This document shows positions 1 through 11,988 of a DNA stretch of 64,000 nucleotides, piece after piece. Both the position numbers and the translations under genes were made by a program. How positions within the stretch are numbered: position 1 is the stretch's first letter; each line of letters opens with the position of its first letter. The notes under the pieces are model-generated. The model was not told where the DNA came from. It did not search any database and worked only from the letters and a program-made list of their open reading frames with translations. Source of the DNA: Macrostomum lignano (lineage: Eukaryota); the NCBI GenBank assembly GCA_002269645.1, contig NIVC01002478.1:1-64000 (forward strand), written 5' to 3'.

Positions 1-748
1 TTTCCACAGACGATAAACACACCATCCTGAATCACTAAGCGTATTCCTATATCATTACAGGCTTAAATCAAGGCCACTCAAGTAGGACGGGATACGGACG
101 CTTCTTGAAAAATTTCAGGAGACAGGTTAGTAACAGAATCATAATTTTCTGAACGAAAAGATCTATAAATATCAATGGAGCTATAAGAAAGGCAAGACAT
201 ACCAAAAGATTAACACTGTGTCTGCCTCCTATCGAAAGCAATAACAATTTTTGTGCTGAAAAAATGAAAACTGCCTATCTCCGTAGTGTATTATTCGGAA
301 AACTGCCACCCAAATTTTTTTCCAAGAAACGTCTAGTTGCCAGCTCTTCTACTTGAGGGTAGTCCTTGGCTGAAACGTCACCCTTAAGTTTTAAACGAAT
401 TTAAATTTAGATCGCTACTGGTATAGGAAGTACATGTCAATACTCGAAACTACCCCACTTACTCAATCAAGTACAATAGAACGAGAATTCAAGCGCAAAA
501 TATTGTTGTTGCTGTATAGCTAGCACTGTCACGTGCTATCACGTGGTTGGGTACAACATACCCTTGCGCAGATACTGCATATTGCTGCATATCTATGCAA
601 GCTGCAGCTATATCTTAAAGCCAGTGTAGCAAGCAAAAGGCAAAATTGTTTGTCAAAAACTATTGTAGAAAGCAGCGAACATGAGCAACTCAGTGCTGTC
701 CCATCTGCCACAAAGCCTCTCCGCCGTGGTGTCTCGAGCATCGGCAGC

Positions 749-977
749 TCACTGAACACGGCGTGGCATCGACTCGAGCTCTGTCGCATTGGCGGCGTCG
801 GGCCCAGCCGCGAAGCCAAAGACATCGCGATTCTGGCGACGTGTTTCCAGAGGCCGGCGTTTCCAGAGCTGCACGGAGTCTGGCAGCTGCTCAACGGCCA
901 GCTGCAGTTGCGACTCAAGCTGCGCTGGACCCAGATGAAGCGGCCGTCCAGCTGCCAGAGGCTGGTTACTCAAAAAG
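749..977 (-). other. Possible terminal exon or relic of an orphan gene; reading frame unresolved
   Basis: GC-rich island in AT-rich DNA, preceded on - strand by an acceptor-like tttttctcag. Two frames are open (749..973 and 529..918), with no recognisable domain. Confidence 0.25.
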
Positions 978-1861
978 CTGAGAAAAACATATTGAACTGA
1001 ATAGGCGAGATCTTTTTCAGCGATTCATTGAAATATCCATACAACTGTCCACATCCTGTTATCATCCGTTGCGTTTTAAAAATGATTGATTGTAAATAAA
1101 CAAACGTTTACGTTTTTGCATTACATGTATCTTCCGCATGAAATTAAAACAAATTCAAACTGAAAAGCTTATTTATCAGAGTTTATTATAGTCAAATGAA
1201 GTCCTCCATGTACGAGTACCTACAGCGTTTAAATGAATTCAGTAGCGTGATACGCATTATGCTATATACACTTATTTGCACTCAGAATTACGAGACCCGA
1301 ATGAATTTTGAATACAAACTGATAAGCATTGACAACAGTTTCGTACTTAATAGGGACGAGCCGCAGGTAGGTTGAGGGAAAATATTAACTTATAGAATAC
1401 TCAATTGAAATTAAATATAGCCGATATGTTGACGGTAAAATGAACAGGAACAGGCATACTGCAGAATGTCAGCTGACTAAGTCGGAGTAAATTTGTACAG
1501 CGGCTGGTCAAAAAGGCGACGAAAACAACACCCAAAATACGCTTTCAAGACCATAATGAAGACGCCTGGTATAGCGTACTTGTATGTACAGCTGGCCTGA
1601 ATGTACAGTTTGTACAGAGAGTTAATGAATTACTCAAACGGTATGACCAAAAGGTTTATTCTAAAGACTGAACGAGATTTTTAAAGCCAGACCTAAATGG
1701 TTGGTAGAGAAAGACAACACGTGATTAAAGTACACTCCTACGAATAATGAATAAACATTGAGGGTTTGAGGGTTTCCAAGGTTCAAAGGTCATCGAAGTT
1801 CGGAGATCGCACCAGATGTCCCATTTCTAGGAACGCAGCAGATCAGTTCTCCGTTTTGGTG

Positions 1862-2281
1862 TCACGCCGTCGGTCTCGAAGACTGCCGATGCCTACGTCG
1901 GCTCTTGGCCATGTAGTGCAGAATCTGCCGAGCCAGACTTTTCTTAGTCTGACCCTCCGGCGGCTGGTCGAAGCCGCTGTCGTTGGACAGCATCCAGCTC
2001 ACTTCCTCGTCGGGCAGGACGCTGGCAGGATTCGTGACGGCGCACTGGTCTGCGCCGCCGCTCCCGACCCTGTCGTCGACTTCGCTGCCGTGTCCCAAAT
2101 CTGTTGATGAAGTCAACGAAGACGATGCGCTGTCATCGATTCCTTCGTCTACGATTGTCGTCTCTGTTAAACCAGCCGAGTTTAATGCCATGAATATTCC
2201 GATGATCTTGGACGCAACGGCAGAGCTTGCAGATAGAGTTGTGCTTTCCGGATGATGACTAGATAGAAAAACTTGTGACAT
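1862..2281 (-). CDS. Orphan gene A: ~139 aa Ser/Asp-rich low-complexity protein with basic C-terminal helix; 5' end uncertain
   Basis: ATG-initiated GC-rich ORF, colinear with gene B (SLTSSxDLGHGSEV, VTNPAS, SNDSGF, KxLxxQ[IV][LV]xY[MI]A). A possible acceptor near 2259 means an upstream exon may exist. Confidence 0.55.
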   Translation of the reverse strand: MSQVFLSSHHPESTTLSASSAVASKIIGIFMALNSAGLTETTIVDEGIDDSASSSLTSSTDLGHGSEVDDRVGSGGADQCAVTNPASVLPDEEVSWMLSNDSGFDQPPEGQTKKSLARQILHYMAKSRRRHRQSSRPTA

Positions 2282-2669
2282 CCATTTTGCTTCAATGTAT
2301 GTATAAACTCAGAACCAATTAGTAGGTAGTACGAAAATAGATTTCTGTATAACGCTCAATGGGGTGTGCATATGTGTCGTACATTACCCCCTGTTTGTAG
2401 CTCCACTCTGTATCTAGCGGCCAATTCGTTGGCTAACAACGGGTACGTACGAAATTCTTTTCAAGGTCAGACAGTCCACCCACGTATTGTATATAAACAA
2501 ATTTAGTAAATTTACATTCAGTCAGCGCGTGACTAGACTATTTTTGAATTATGTACGAATAACAATGGAGAGAAATGAAGAAAATGGGTCAGCTGACAGC
2601 TTCGTGGAATAACGAGCCCCGCTTATTATAAAAAAACATTAATTCGGGGGAAAATCCGAAAGCAAGTAC

Positions 2670-2859
2670 ATTCTCTTATTTCATCTCCCCTCTCCTCTCC
2701 TCTCCTATTCGATATCTCCTCTCATCTCATCTCATTCCTTTGCCTCTCCTTTCTCCTATTTCTTTTCCTCCATTCTCTCTCCTCTCTCCCCTCCTCTGAC
2801 CCGCAGTCATGCGCTGGTTCTCCATCTGGCCCTGGAGGTAAAAAGTTTGCCGACCCCTG
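2670..2859 (-). mobile_element. Truncated hAT-like MITE end with CT/GA-rich interior
   Basis: Terminus gtttgccgacccctg (2845-2859) is the reverse complement of caggggtcggcaaac at 52261. Related segments at 37824, 12430 and 59430-61000. Confidence 0.6.
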
Positions 2860-3318
2860 GCTTTGTTAAACATATATGAATGCAACTAGTGAAAATCATG
2901 TGATCATGGCAGCCAGTGATGCCACTAGTGATGAAGCACAGCCTCCAGGTTTAGAGAGCTGCTCAAGCTTCCGAAATAAGTCCTGAAGCCTTAAGGCTCT
3001 TTGGCTGCACCAAATTTATACGTCAAAAAGCTATAAAAAGTAATTTAACGTGAAAATATTAGCAATCGCGAAATGACTATTACAACAAGAGGTGAATAGA
3101 GGAAAAGCATTATAACGTTAAACGCAACTCGAATGTTAACCGAATGTTTTTAGGGGGAACTTTGTTCAATTTAAATATAACATAAAAATCATGATCCCGT
3201 TTGATAACGCAAGTAAATATCGATCAAATCTACCTATTGTCTATTCTATTTTATCAATAAGAAACGTATACCGTAGTTAGAGGTAAAACCGATCAGTTGC
3301 ATGACTTATTTATAGTCT

Positions 3319-4092
3319 TACGAGGGTAGTCTTACTTCATCTATCTACAACATACTTTTTGAATTTTGTAAATATCTACCACCGGCATTCAGAAGTTATG
3401 TCCAATCTAGTACTAAGCCCTTGCGTATCGCTTACAGAAAATGACTTAATCAATCCACCAATGCTCCACCATGACAATGCCCGACCACACACGGCTTCAA
3501 GGACAGTGAAGGCAATTCAACGCATGAAGTTTGAACTCCTGCCTCACCCACCTTACTCGCCTGACTTGGCGCCAGCAGATTTTTGTCTTTTTTCCGAGGC
3601 TGAAGGAGCTGCTAAGAAGCAACGTCTACGTCAAACGTCACTGCCTGAAAGAAGAGGTTCGGTGACTCCTTGCTTATGCGATTCCCAAGGAGCAGTACGC
3701 GCATGCCATTGATTCACTGCGCATTCGCTGGGAGAAATGCGTCAACTGCAACGATGACTACATGGAGAAGGTTTCAATCCCTAAAGACAAGGATATTTGA
3801 TCGCGAATTTGACTGTCATGTTAAGAACTATAATGGATATGCTCTTACAGATTGATTATCATTTTTTTCCGGAATATACCTGTTTTTTAGTTTCTGTAAG
3901 CTATAGCCAGGGGCACAGTACTACGTCGTAGATTTGACATAACTTCTGAATGACGGTAAATAGTTACAAAGTTCAAAAAGTATGGTATATATAGATAAAG
4001 TCGCCTTCATTTAACGTCAAAGCCATTAATCTATCTGAATCCAACTATGAGTTAGGCTGAAAATTCCCACTACTTTTAGGACACCCCTCGTA
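3319..4092 (+). mobile_element. Degenerate, internally deleted mariner (Tc1/mariner) element
   Basis: Termini tacgaggg (3319) and ccctcgta (4092) are inverted but match for only about 8 nt; transposase relic inside. Confidence 0.65.
3461..3770 (+). pseudogene. Mariner transposase C-terminal fragment, frameshifted
   Basis: HDNARPH and PPYSPDLAPADF (mariner catalytic-domain motifs), then RWEKCVNCNDDYMEK in another frame. Confidence 0.9.
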
Positions 4093-4143
4093 GTTCGTTA
4101 AAAACTATAGATACATGATGGATGATGGACATTTGAAAATCAA

Positions 4144-6058
4144 TTAGGGGGGGTTCAAAGTTCGCTGTTGGCGCCGGTCTCTGGCTATGTAGCGCACAAC
4201 CTGATGGCCAAGATTTTTATTGCGCTGCATCTCCTGTTGACCTGTAGGGGCTGCTTCAGAGTAGGCGGCAGCAACGGATGCGGCGGCGGCAGCGGATGCA
4301 ACAAGGGCCTCGATATTTAGGCTGCCAAATCCGCTGTCGTTTGACTGCATCAGGCCTATAAAACATAGGCGTAGGAACGTTTCAAAAAGTGGGGGGGGGG
4401 CAGGTTCAGTGACGGATTTAGGGGGGGCGCATAGGGTGCACGCCTTCGTCGAGTTAGCTTTTTTATATGGAAAATGCCCATTATCATGTACCAATTATTT
4501 TCAGAACCCATCTTGTCAGCACTCATTTTATAAAGCGCCACAGGCACTCATTTTGGCGCCGCAGGCACTCATTTTAGCGCTGCAGGCACTCATTTTAGCG
4601 CTGCAGGCACTCATTTTAGCGCCGCAGGCACTCATTTTAGCGCTGCAGGCACTCATTTTAGCGCCGCAGGCACTCATTTTAGCGCCACAGGCACTCATTT
4701 TAGCGCTGCAGGCACTCATTTTAGCGCCGCAGGCACTCATTTTAGCGCTGCAGGCACTCATTTTAGCGCCGCAGGCACTCATTTTAGCGCTGCAGGCACT
4801 CATTTTAGCGCTGCAGGCACTCATTTTAGCGCCGCAGGCACTCATTTTAGCGCTGCAGGCACTCATTTTAGCGCCACAGGCACTCATTTTGGCGCCGCAG
4901 GCGCTATGTTTTGTCGCCCTGCAGCAAAATGTATTCATGCAAAGCAGCAAAAACCAAAAATAAGCAAGAAGTCTACATATTACGTTTAAAAAGTGGGGGC
5001 CATGGCCCACTGGCCCCCGTTCCTACGCCTATGCTATAAAATGTTTTAGGTGTGTTTCCCTCTCTCTTATTCTTCCGTCTCTCTTTGACGATGTCTCTAA
5101 GCGTCTATACTTCTAGTCAATTAAATAAGTCGATGGTTCGATATGTTTCTCTCGATCTTTAACCCTCAACAAATATGTTTGTTTCTAGTTGCTGATGGTT
5201 GCAATGTCAGATAGATATTAGTCTGGCAAATGTATTGAGCAATTCAGTGAAAATGAGAGCCACAGGCTACTTATCGATACTGTTGCACGAGTACTTCGAT
5301 ATCTTGACGTGTGTCCAGAGGGTCGCCATCATAAACCCAAAAAAATCATAACTCCAAAAGCACTTCCCATTATAAACCCGAAATATCATAAACCCAAAAT
5401 ATCATAACTCCGAAAGTGTTAGCAACGCCTATCATACGAGCTAAACCCGAAATGTCACAAACCCGATCGAAATATCATAACTCCGAAAACCAAAACCAAA
5501 ATAGTGTTGGACATTGCTAGAACTTTGGAGTTATTATGTTATGATATTTCGGGTTTGTGATGCCCCCCCCCCAAGAGTAGAGGAGTAGCGGGAGTGGGGG
5601 CAAAGGGAGGCGGAGAGGAGGCAAGCTAGGGAGCTGAGGAGAGGAGGCAGAGCTTCATTCTCACTGAACGCAAGTACATATAAGATTTCTATAACGCATT
5701 TCATTGGTGTTCGCTTCACACATGGGAATCTTTACCGCCGCACAAGCATGTGCTGTACTTTCCTGATAGAAAAACCTTCTGAAGTTCGCATTAGACTAAC
5801 ATCGGGCATAACATGCTTAAATTAAGATCACTTCACCTATAGTAGATTCAGATGGGATGCTGGCAGGGTTGGTGACGCGATTTGCGTCGCTTCTTGAATC
5901 ATCTTCTACTTCGCTGCCGTGCCCTAGATCTGCCGATGAAGTCAAAGACGTTAAGCCTCCTTCTTCATCGTCTGAACCGTTGCGATCAGCGCCATTACCG
6001 ACGCTGGGATCGATATTGGCGCTCGATGTACCATTAAATTCATAAGGTTGAGAAGCCA
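4144..6058 (-). CDS. Orphan gene B, 5'-partial: complement(join(4144..4355,5837..6058))
   Basis: Phase-1 junction ATA G|gtgaag ... ttttatag|GC CTG gives VTNPASIPSESTIGLMQSNDSGF, which aligns without gaps to gene A VTNPASVLPDEEVSWMLSNDSGF. The upstream exon is preceded by a ctaacag acceptor. Confidence 0.6.
4364..5033. mobile_element. hAT-type MITE with 8-bp TSD ctataaaa
   Basis: TIRs cataggcgtaggaac / gttcctacgcctatg; ctataaaa at 4356-4363 and 5034-5041. A solo similar end lies at ~22982. Confidence 0.9.
4534..4903. repeat. 21-bp minisatellite (gcaggcactcattttagcgc[c/t]), ~17 copies, inside the MITE
   Basis: Directly visible; explains the spurious QALILA and SACGAK ORFs. Confidence 0.95.
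5320..5552. mobile_element. Foldback-like MITE with modular ataaacccgaaatatc subrepeats (copy 1)
   Basis: Inverted ends gggtcgccatcataaaccc / gggtttgtgatgcccc; homologous to 20866-21095. Confidence 0.7.
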
Positions 6059-6929
6059 CTGTTAGTGTTTTTTAGTTAGCTCGAATTCAAACTATTATTT
6101 CTTCAAGAGAAACTGCGATGGCAAAAATTAGCGAAGAATAATGCAGTATAATGTCGGATACAGCTGGGGCAGAAACCTGCTGTCCGCTTACGAATATATA
6201 CTCGTATATTTCTGCTGTTTCCAGACCCCGAAGGCTTCAAGAGTGTCTTTTCTCTGTTTTTTTCTCTTCTCTGCCTCTTTTTATTAGCGTCATCAGCACC
6301 ATTGCCGTCACTCAGGATAGTCAGCTCGCATCTGTTCTCAGAAATGTTGGTACTGCTTATTGTGTACGCTCGTAGCTTTCTGCAAGCTATCTGATACTTA
6401 TGCATTCAAAAGCTCGAAATATAACCAAAGCCGAAAGCTACTGCATGGTAAGTTCTTGTTATATAAAGTTTGTTCGTTAAGAAATTTCCAGCTTTTGAAC
6501 CCCCTCTCCCCACTTCATAGCGCTAAAATATGCAATCAGTACAGTGTACATCATTCTTTACCGAAAAGAGGGTAGAAAACAACACACCATCTCCAACCCC
6601 CGAACCCCCGCACAGGCACCAAAGAGCAAATTCTGACCTTAAAATTTTTCCGGATCTCCGCTGAAGCGGGGGCGGCCCTATTGAGAGTGTAAATCAAAGT
6701 TTTGATTTATTAATATGCGACATCGTGTCAAGTACGAGCGTACAGACAGCTTGAAAATTAAAACTAAATAGTAGAAACTAGCAATCTTCGCCCCCCCGAT
6801 GGGGGGCATCTAGATAGAATCTCTGGCTCTCTACAAGTATCAAAAAGACGGCCAAAAAAGTCTTCACATAGACAATAGAAAAACTGCTCAAATGAAGTGC
6901 AATGCAAAAAGAAAACATCCTAGGACAGC

Positions 6930-8150
6930 AAGCAACCCCCCAGATAGCAAGCACCCCCAGATAGCAAGCACCCCCAGATAGCAAGCATCTCCAGATAGCA
7001 AGCACCCCCAGATAGCAAGCCCCCAGATAGCAAGCACCCCCAGATAGCAAGCATCTCCAGATAGCAAGCACCCCCAGATAGCAAGCACCCCCAGATAGCA
7101 AGCACCCCCAGATAGCAAGCATCTCCAGATAGCAAGCACCCCCAGATAGCAAGCACCCCCAGATAGCAAGCACCCCCAGATAGCAAGCACCCCCAGATAG
7201 CAAGCATCTCCAGATAGCAAGCACCCCAGATAGCAAGCACCCCCAGATAGCAAGCATCCACCTAATAGCAAGCACCCTTAGAAAGCAAGCACCCCCAGTT
7301 AGCAAGCACCCTTAGATAGCAAGCACCCCCCAGATAGCAAGCACCCTCAGATAGCAGGCACCCCAGATAGCAAGCATCCACCTAATAGCAAGCACTCCAA
7401 GATAGCAGGCACCCCAGATAGCAAGCATCCACCTAATAGCAAGCACCCTTAGATAGCAAGCACCCCCAGATAGCAAGCACCCCCAGATAGCAAGCACCCC
7501 CAGATAGCAAGCACCCCCAGATAGCAAGCATCTCCAGATAGCAAGCACCCCCAGATAGCAAGCACCCCAGATAGCAAGCATCCACCTAATAGCAAGCACC
7601 CTTAGAAAGCAAGCACCCCCAGTTAGCAAGCACCCTTAGATAGCAAGCACCCCCCAGATAGCAAGCACCCTCAGATAGCAGGCACCCCAGATAGCAAGCA
7701 TCCACCTAATAGCAAGCACTCCAAGATAGCAGGCACCCCAGATAGCAAGCATCCACCTAATAGCAAGCACCCTTAGATAGCAAGCACCCCCAGATAGCAA
7801 GCACCCCCAGATAGCAAGCACCCCCAGATAGCAAGCACCCCCAGATAGCAAGCATCCACCTAATAGCAAGCACCCTTAGAAAGCAAGCACCCCCAGTTAG
7901 CAAGCACCCTTAGATAGCAAGCACCCCCCAGATAGCAAGCACCCTCAGATAGCAGGCACCCCAGATAGCAAGCATCCACCTAATAGCAAGCACTCCAAGA
8001 TAGCAGGCACCCCAGATAGCAAGCATCCACCTAATAGCAAGCACCCTTAGATAGCAAGCACCCCCAGATAGCAAGCACCCCCAGATAGCAAGCACCCCCA
8101 GATAGCAAGCACCCCCAGATAGCACGCATCTCCAGATAGCAAGCACTCCA
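6930..8150. repeat. 18-bp minisatellite (cagatagcaagcaccccc), roughly 65 copies with variant blocks
   Basis: Directly visible; source of the GGACYLGVLAIW ORFs. Confidence 0.95.
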
Positions 8151-8164
8151 AGATAGTAGGCACC

Positions 8165-8525
8165 CCATTTATGTTTGACATGGTAGCTGTTTTGTGTTTG
8201 ACATTGTGGCTTTTTAATGTTTGACCTGGTGGCACTTTAATGTATGCAATGATGGCTCTTTAATGTCTGACATGGAGTCACTTATACGCTTGACATGGTG
8301 GCTCTTTAATATTTGACATGGTGGCACTTTAATGTCTGAAATGAAGTCATGTATGTACGCTTGACATGGTGACTCGTTGATGTTTGACATAGTGGCTCTT
8401 TTATGTTCGACATGGTGGCTCTTTAATGTTAGACATGGAGTCATATATGTTTGACATGGTGGCCTTTAATGTTTGAAATGGTGCCACTTTTGTTTGACAT
8501 TGTGCCTCTTTTATGTTCAGCATTT
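8165..8525. repeat. Degenerate ~30-bp tandem repeat (tttgacatggtggctctttaatg)
   Basis: Recurrent gacatggtgg core at regular spacing. Confidence 0.75.
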
Positions 8526-8565
8526 TGTTTTTAAGATGTTTTAATAAAAAAATTATTTTGCACTA

Positions 8566-8635
8566 CTAAGATTCGAACCCAGGTCGCTGAATTAGCAGTC
8601 CAGTCTGATCGCATCTAGGCTATCTCTTGTCGATC
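8566..8635 (-). pseudogene. tRNA-derived (Ser-GCT-like) module with Pol III A/B boxes, inside the Helitron
   Basis: Minus strand reads tagcctagatg (A box), ggactgctaatt (resembles the tRNA-Ser GCT anticodon arm) and gggttcgaatct (B box/T loop); acceptor stem not intact. Confidence 0.55.
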
Positions 8636-10329
8636 GGAGAGCATGAATTGTGGCCCTTATAATTCAATTCTTATAGCAAATCGGTTAGAGTAAAAAGTTA
8701 TGACATAATCAATTTCTCAGTCAGCCAGTATCAGTCTCAATTTAAGTTAGAAATATGGTTACGCAATTTAAATCAAGTCGTGTGTGCATTTCTTTGGCAC
8801 TTTTTTTTAACTTGCTGTGATGCAATCTTTATCAGAATTGAAATTCAGTCAGTCAGGTTTTTCTCTAGCATTCTTACAATGCATTTCAGGTCGAAAGAGC
8901 TGCTTGACCTTCGCAGAAAATCATGTTTTTCGAATATTTAATCCCTTTAATATTGATCAATTTCTTAGCCAAGATGCATTCAACATCCCAGGAAAATTTC
9001 TGATCGAATGGTGCAAGTTTGAAGAGAATCGGTTGAGCCATTCTCGAAAAAATCAATTACACGCACGCACGCACGCACGCACGCACGAATACAGCGCAAA
9101 ATTAGTTTAGTAATATAAAATAGATATAGATAGATAGAAATAGTAGAATTACCTATAGACCAGGAGCTTCAGGCTCAGAATGGAACGAAATTTTCAAAAC
9201 AACTGCACCAATTATAGTCCTATTTGTTGTGGGATTGGCTCCGGTCTACCTCTATTCCAGGTATCAAGAAATGTCACATGGCTAGATCCACAGTGTCGAT
9301 TGAACTAGCAATACATGTATAATAGTGTATGTTGTATTATTTACTTGAATACGGTGCATCAACTGAATTTTAGAGAATGTGCAATTTAGGGAATGTGCAA
9401 TTTAGGGAATGTGCAAGGTTGGGGAAATTGGGATTTAGGGAATGTGAAATTTAGCTCCCTCACTTTCAAAAAACATCCGAAAATGCACGGCTGGAAATAA
9501 AACTCAGAGACTTTAAAGACATGCAAATCCATACACTTCTATAATAGAGAATCAGTATGAGAGATGCAGTTTCCCAAATACGCTGCTGTTGATAAAAGGC
9601 TACAGTGATAGTTTGCTAAACCGACCCAGGCAAAATTAAGCCCCCGAAGCTAGAAGAGAAAAAGTAAAGATAATAACAAGCCGAAAGGGTGGGTGGCAGG
9701 CAGGCGGGCGGGCCAGCCGCGGTCGCGCAACGCTAGGCGGCAAAGCACAGAAAAGCAACTCCAAAACGCTGACAGGGGGCAGAGCGAGAAAACGCGGGGG
9801 CTGGGGGTGGGGTTGTGAAAAGCTTTCAGTTAATTCCCTTTTTACGACTAGCTAGAGAGGAAGAGAGTAGGTTAGAGAGGAATCATTTTCAACGCCGCTT
9901 AATCTTCAAATTCTTTCAAGAGACAACTGAGCTTAAACCCGTGATACAAGTGGGGTGGGGCGGGGGCGTCACGGGACAGGCATGGTCTGATTGCCAGCCT
10001 ATTGAACCAATTAAAGTGTTGAAGCAGTAACGGCCGCTGAGGGGGGTGGGGAGGCGTTGGGTGTGTATTAACAGGTTGGCTGCTCGCACTCACTGACTCG
10101 CACGTTTAGCCTGCGCTTATTGGCAGACATCCCTCCGTTCTCTCTTCGCTCGTCTCCCCTGCTTGGTCCGCCTCAGCAGAAAGGGATAATGGAACGAGAA
10201 GATGAGGGATAGAAAAACACTTGTATTATCCGAAGAGGAGAGCAGCTGAAACTTGCCCTATGAGACTTGCCTATTATTTAGTCAATTGAGTCAGTATTAA
10301 AAGTTAAGCAGACGAATTTTCCTGTAAAA

Positions 10330-10581
10330 ATGGAAAACGCGAGGCTCAGCAGCGAAGTCTCGGACTTGAGCGCCACGCTGCCTGCGCTGGAGCTCGAGAC
10401 AGCTCAAGCCGGACCTGCAGATCAGCGTCGGCCGGTGCTGGCTCGAACCCGATCAAGAAGCCACGGCGACGTCGAGCTGACAGGCTCACCGGACTCGAAC
10501 GGAGGAGATGGAGGAGGCGGCAGCGGTGGCCAGCAGCGTCGAGAAAGCAGGCGGCGTCTGCAGTCGTGGAGTGGCGCCTAG
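10330..10581 (+). CDS. Small orphan ORF (83 aa), possibly a degenerate member of the C/D family
   Basis: aaaATGG start context; GC-rich island; S..L...LELET resembles the C/D N-terminal block; Arg-rich end. Confidence 0.4.
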   Translation: MENARLSSEVSDLSATLPALELETAQAGPADQRRPVLARTRSRSHGDVELTGSPDSNGGDGGGGSGGQQRRESRRRLQSWSGA

Positions 10582-11099
10582 AAATCTTGCAGACTCCATT
10601 AGCTCGTACTATTTAAATTAAAATGCATTTGAGAAGTGGCTATTTGCTTTTAATATCTAATCAATCAAAACTATTGTACTATTATATATTGTACAAGTAA
10701 TTTTTTGCGCCCCATAAAGCCGGAATCTGAGGGCATATCACCCAAGCTTCTTGATAAGGACATTGTGAGATATAGTATAGCATACGGCTATCATGTGATC
10801 ACGTCAGATGCTGCAAAATTGGGATTGGAATATGAACCCGTATGGGACAGGGCAGGGTAAAATTTTAAGCACTAATGGTGTAGTTTTATGGCTTGTTTTT
10901 GGCATAGAACGGGTAGCGAATGCAGAGCGGACTTATTTATTCTAGTTTCCTTCGGCTATAAGGGGGCGGGGGGCTAAACACTTATTCTGACTAGAGCGAC
11001 TAAGTCGCACTGTTCTCTCTGTATCTCATCTATACTCAAAACCTCACTGAAGAGCTCAGTTCTAACGCTAACACAATACCGGCGTAGAATTTTTATATG

Positions 11100-11670
11100 C
11101 TGCCTGGCACTTGCAAGGCTAGAGTTGAGTTGAATTTAATGAGACCAGTTAATTAGCCTGTATATGGTTAAATGTCTAATGCTACGAGCGTACTGGGTAG
11201 ACCACCCACTGAGGCAACAGAAACCGACTTGTTGTCAGACTTAAGATTATAGATAAAGCGGCTTCAGAATTATCACACGAAGCCATAAAGCTCGTATTGC
11301 ATTTTCATGTTTGGTGCTGGTGGCATGGCGAAGAGAGGAGTGGAAGAGAATTTATCGATTAGCTTAGACCCCAGCAACTGTGGAAATCTGGGACGGCATC
11401 TCTTAACCCCCCACTTTAGAGCCAAGTGAAGTGGGGGGTTGGTGGCTCACTGCATGAGTAAAAGCGTGTGGAAACGTTGGCTAGAAATAACTATGGCTAC
11501 CCCTTCCCCCACACACAAACTCTCTGCTCTCTCTCTCTCTCCACATCCCTGTCTCTGTCTGTCTCGCCTCCCGCAGCCTTTTCAAATCGCCCAGACAAGT
11601 AAACAGTGTAAAAATACAATATGGTACTAAATTGTTTTTTATTCGACAATACTCTGAAGCAAGGGTCTTG
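11100..11670 (+). repeat. Upstream segment of gene C, homologous to 19310-20010 upstream of gene D
   Basis: Shared colinear blocks gagttgagttgaatttaa, cttgttgtcagacttaagattatagataa, agaccccagcaactgtggaaa, cttaaccccactt and aaacagtgt..acaatatggtactaa; also agaatcttacgcttctattgct at ~12849 and ~20069. Confidence 0.85.
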
Positions 11671-11988
11671 TCAGTGCTTATTATTTTCCGTAGTTGAGGA
11701 CAATGTGACAAGGACTCTAAGGCATTATCATCAACGTATTACTGTTTAAATAAGATCTAACACGAACCGAAATTTTTAACTACGAATCAAGATAGTTCGA
11801 GTAGCTCGAATATTGACAAATCAGCGTTGAGGGCTTCTCCTATATGCATGTAGAGCATATGAATGCATGCAGAGGAGATGACAGGAGAGGAGAAGAGGAG
11901 AGGAGAGGAGAGGTGAGGTGAGGTGAGGAGAGGTGAGGTGAGGAGAGGAGGAGAGCAGAGCAGAGGCTTGGTCTCCTCCTCTCCTCAG

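Larger units (their letters stand above)
6778..9134 (-). mobile_element. Non-autonomous Helitron, ~2.35 kb
   Basis: 3' end: GC hairpin gcccccc-cgat-ggggggc (6790-6807), then CTAG (6778-6781) and T. 5' end near 9130: tctatatctattttatattac with (cgtg)n and ctcaaccgatt...aaacttgcac. No TSD, as expected for Helitrons. Confidence 0.7.

Noticed and set aside
4409-5010. QALILA and SACGAK repeat ORFs
   Set aside because: Products of the 21-bp minisatellite inside a TSD-flanked MITE.
6778-8146. GGACYLGVLAIW repeat ORFs
   Set aside because: Products of the 18-bp minisatellite.
10500-10620. Alternative-frame ending RNLADSISSYYLN resembling the A/B tail
   Set aside because: It needs an unsupported frameshift, and part of the match is created by a TAGCTCGTA micro-insertion.
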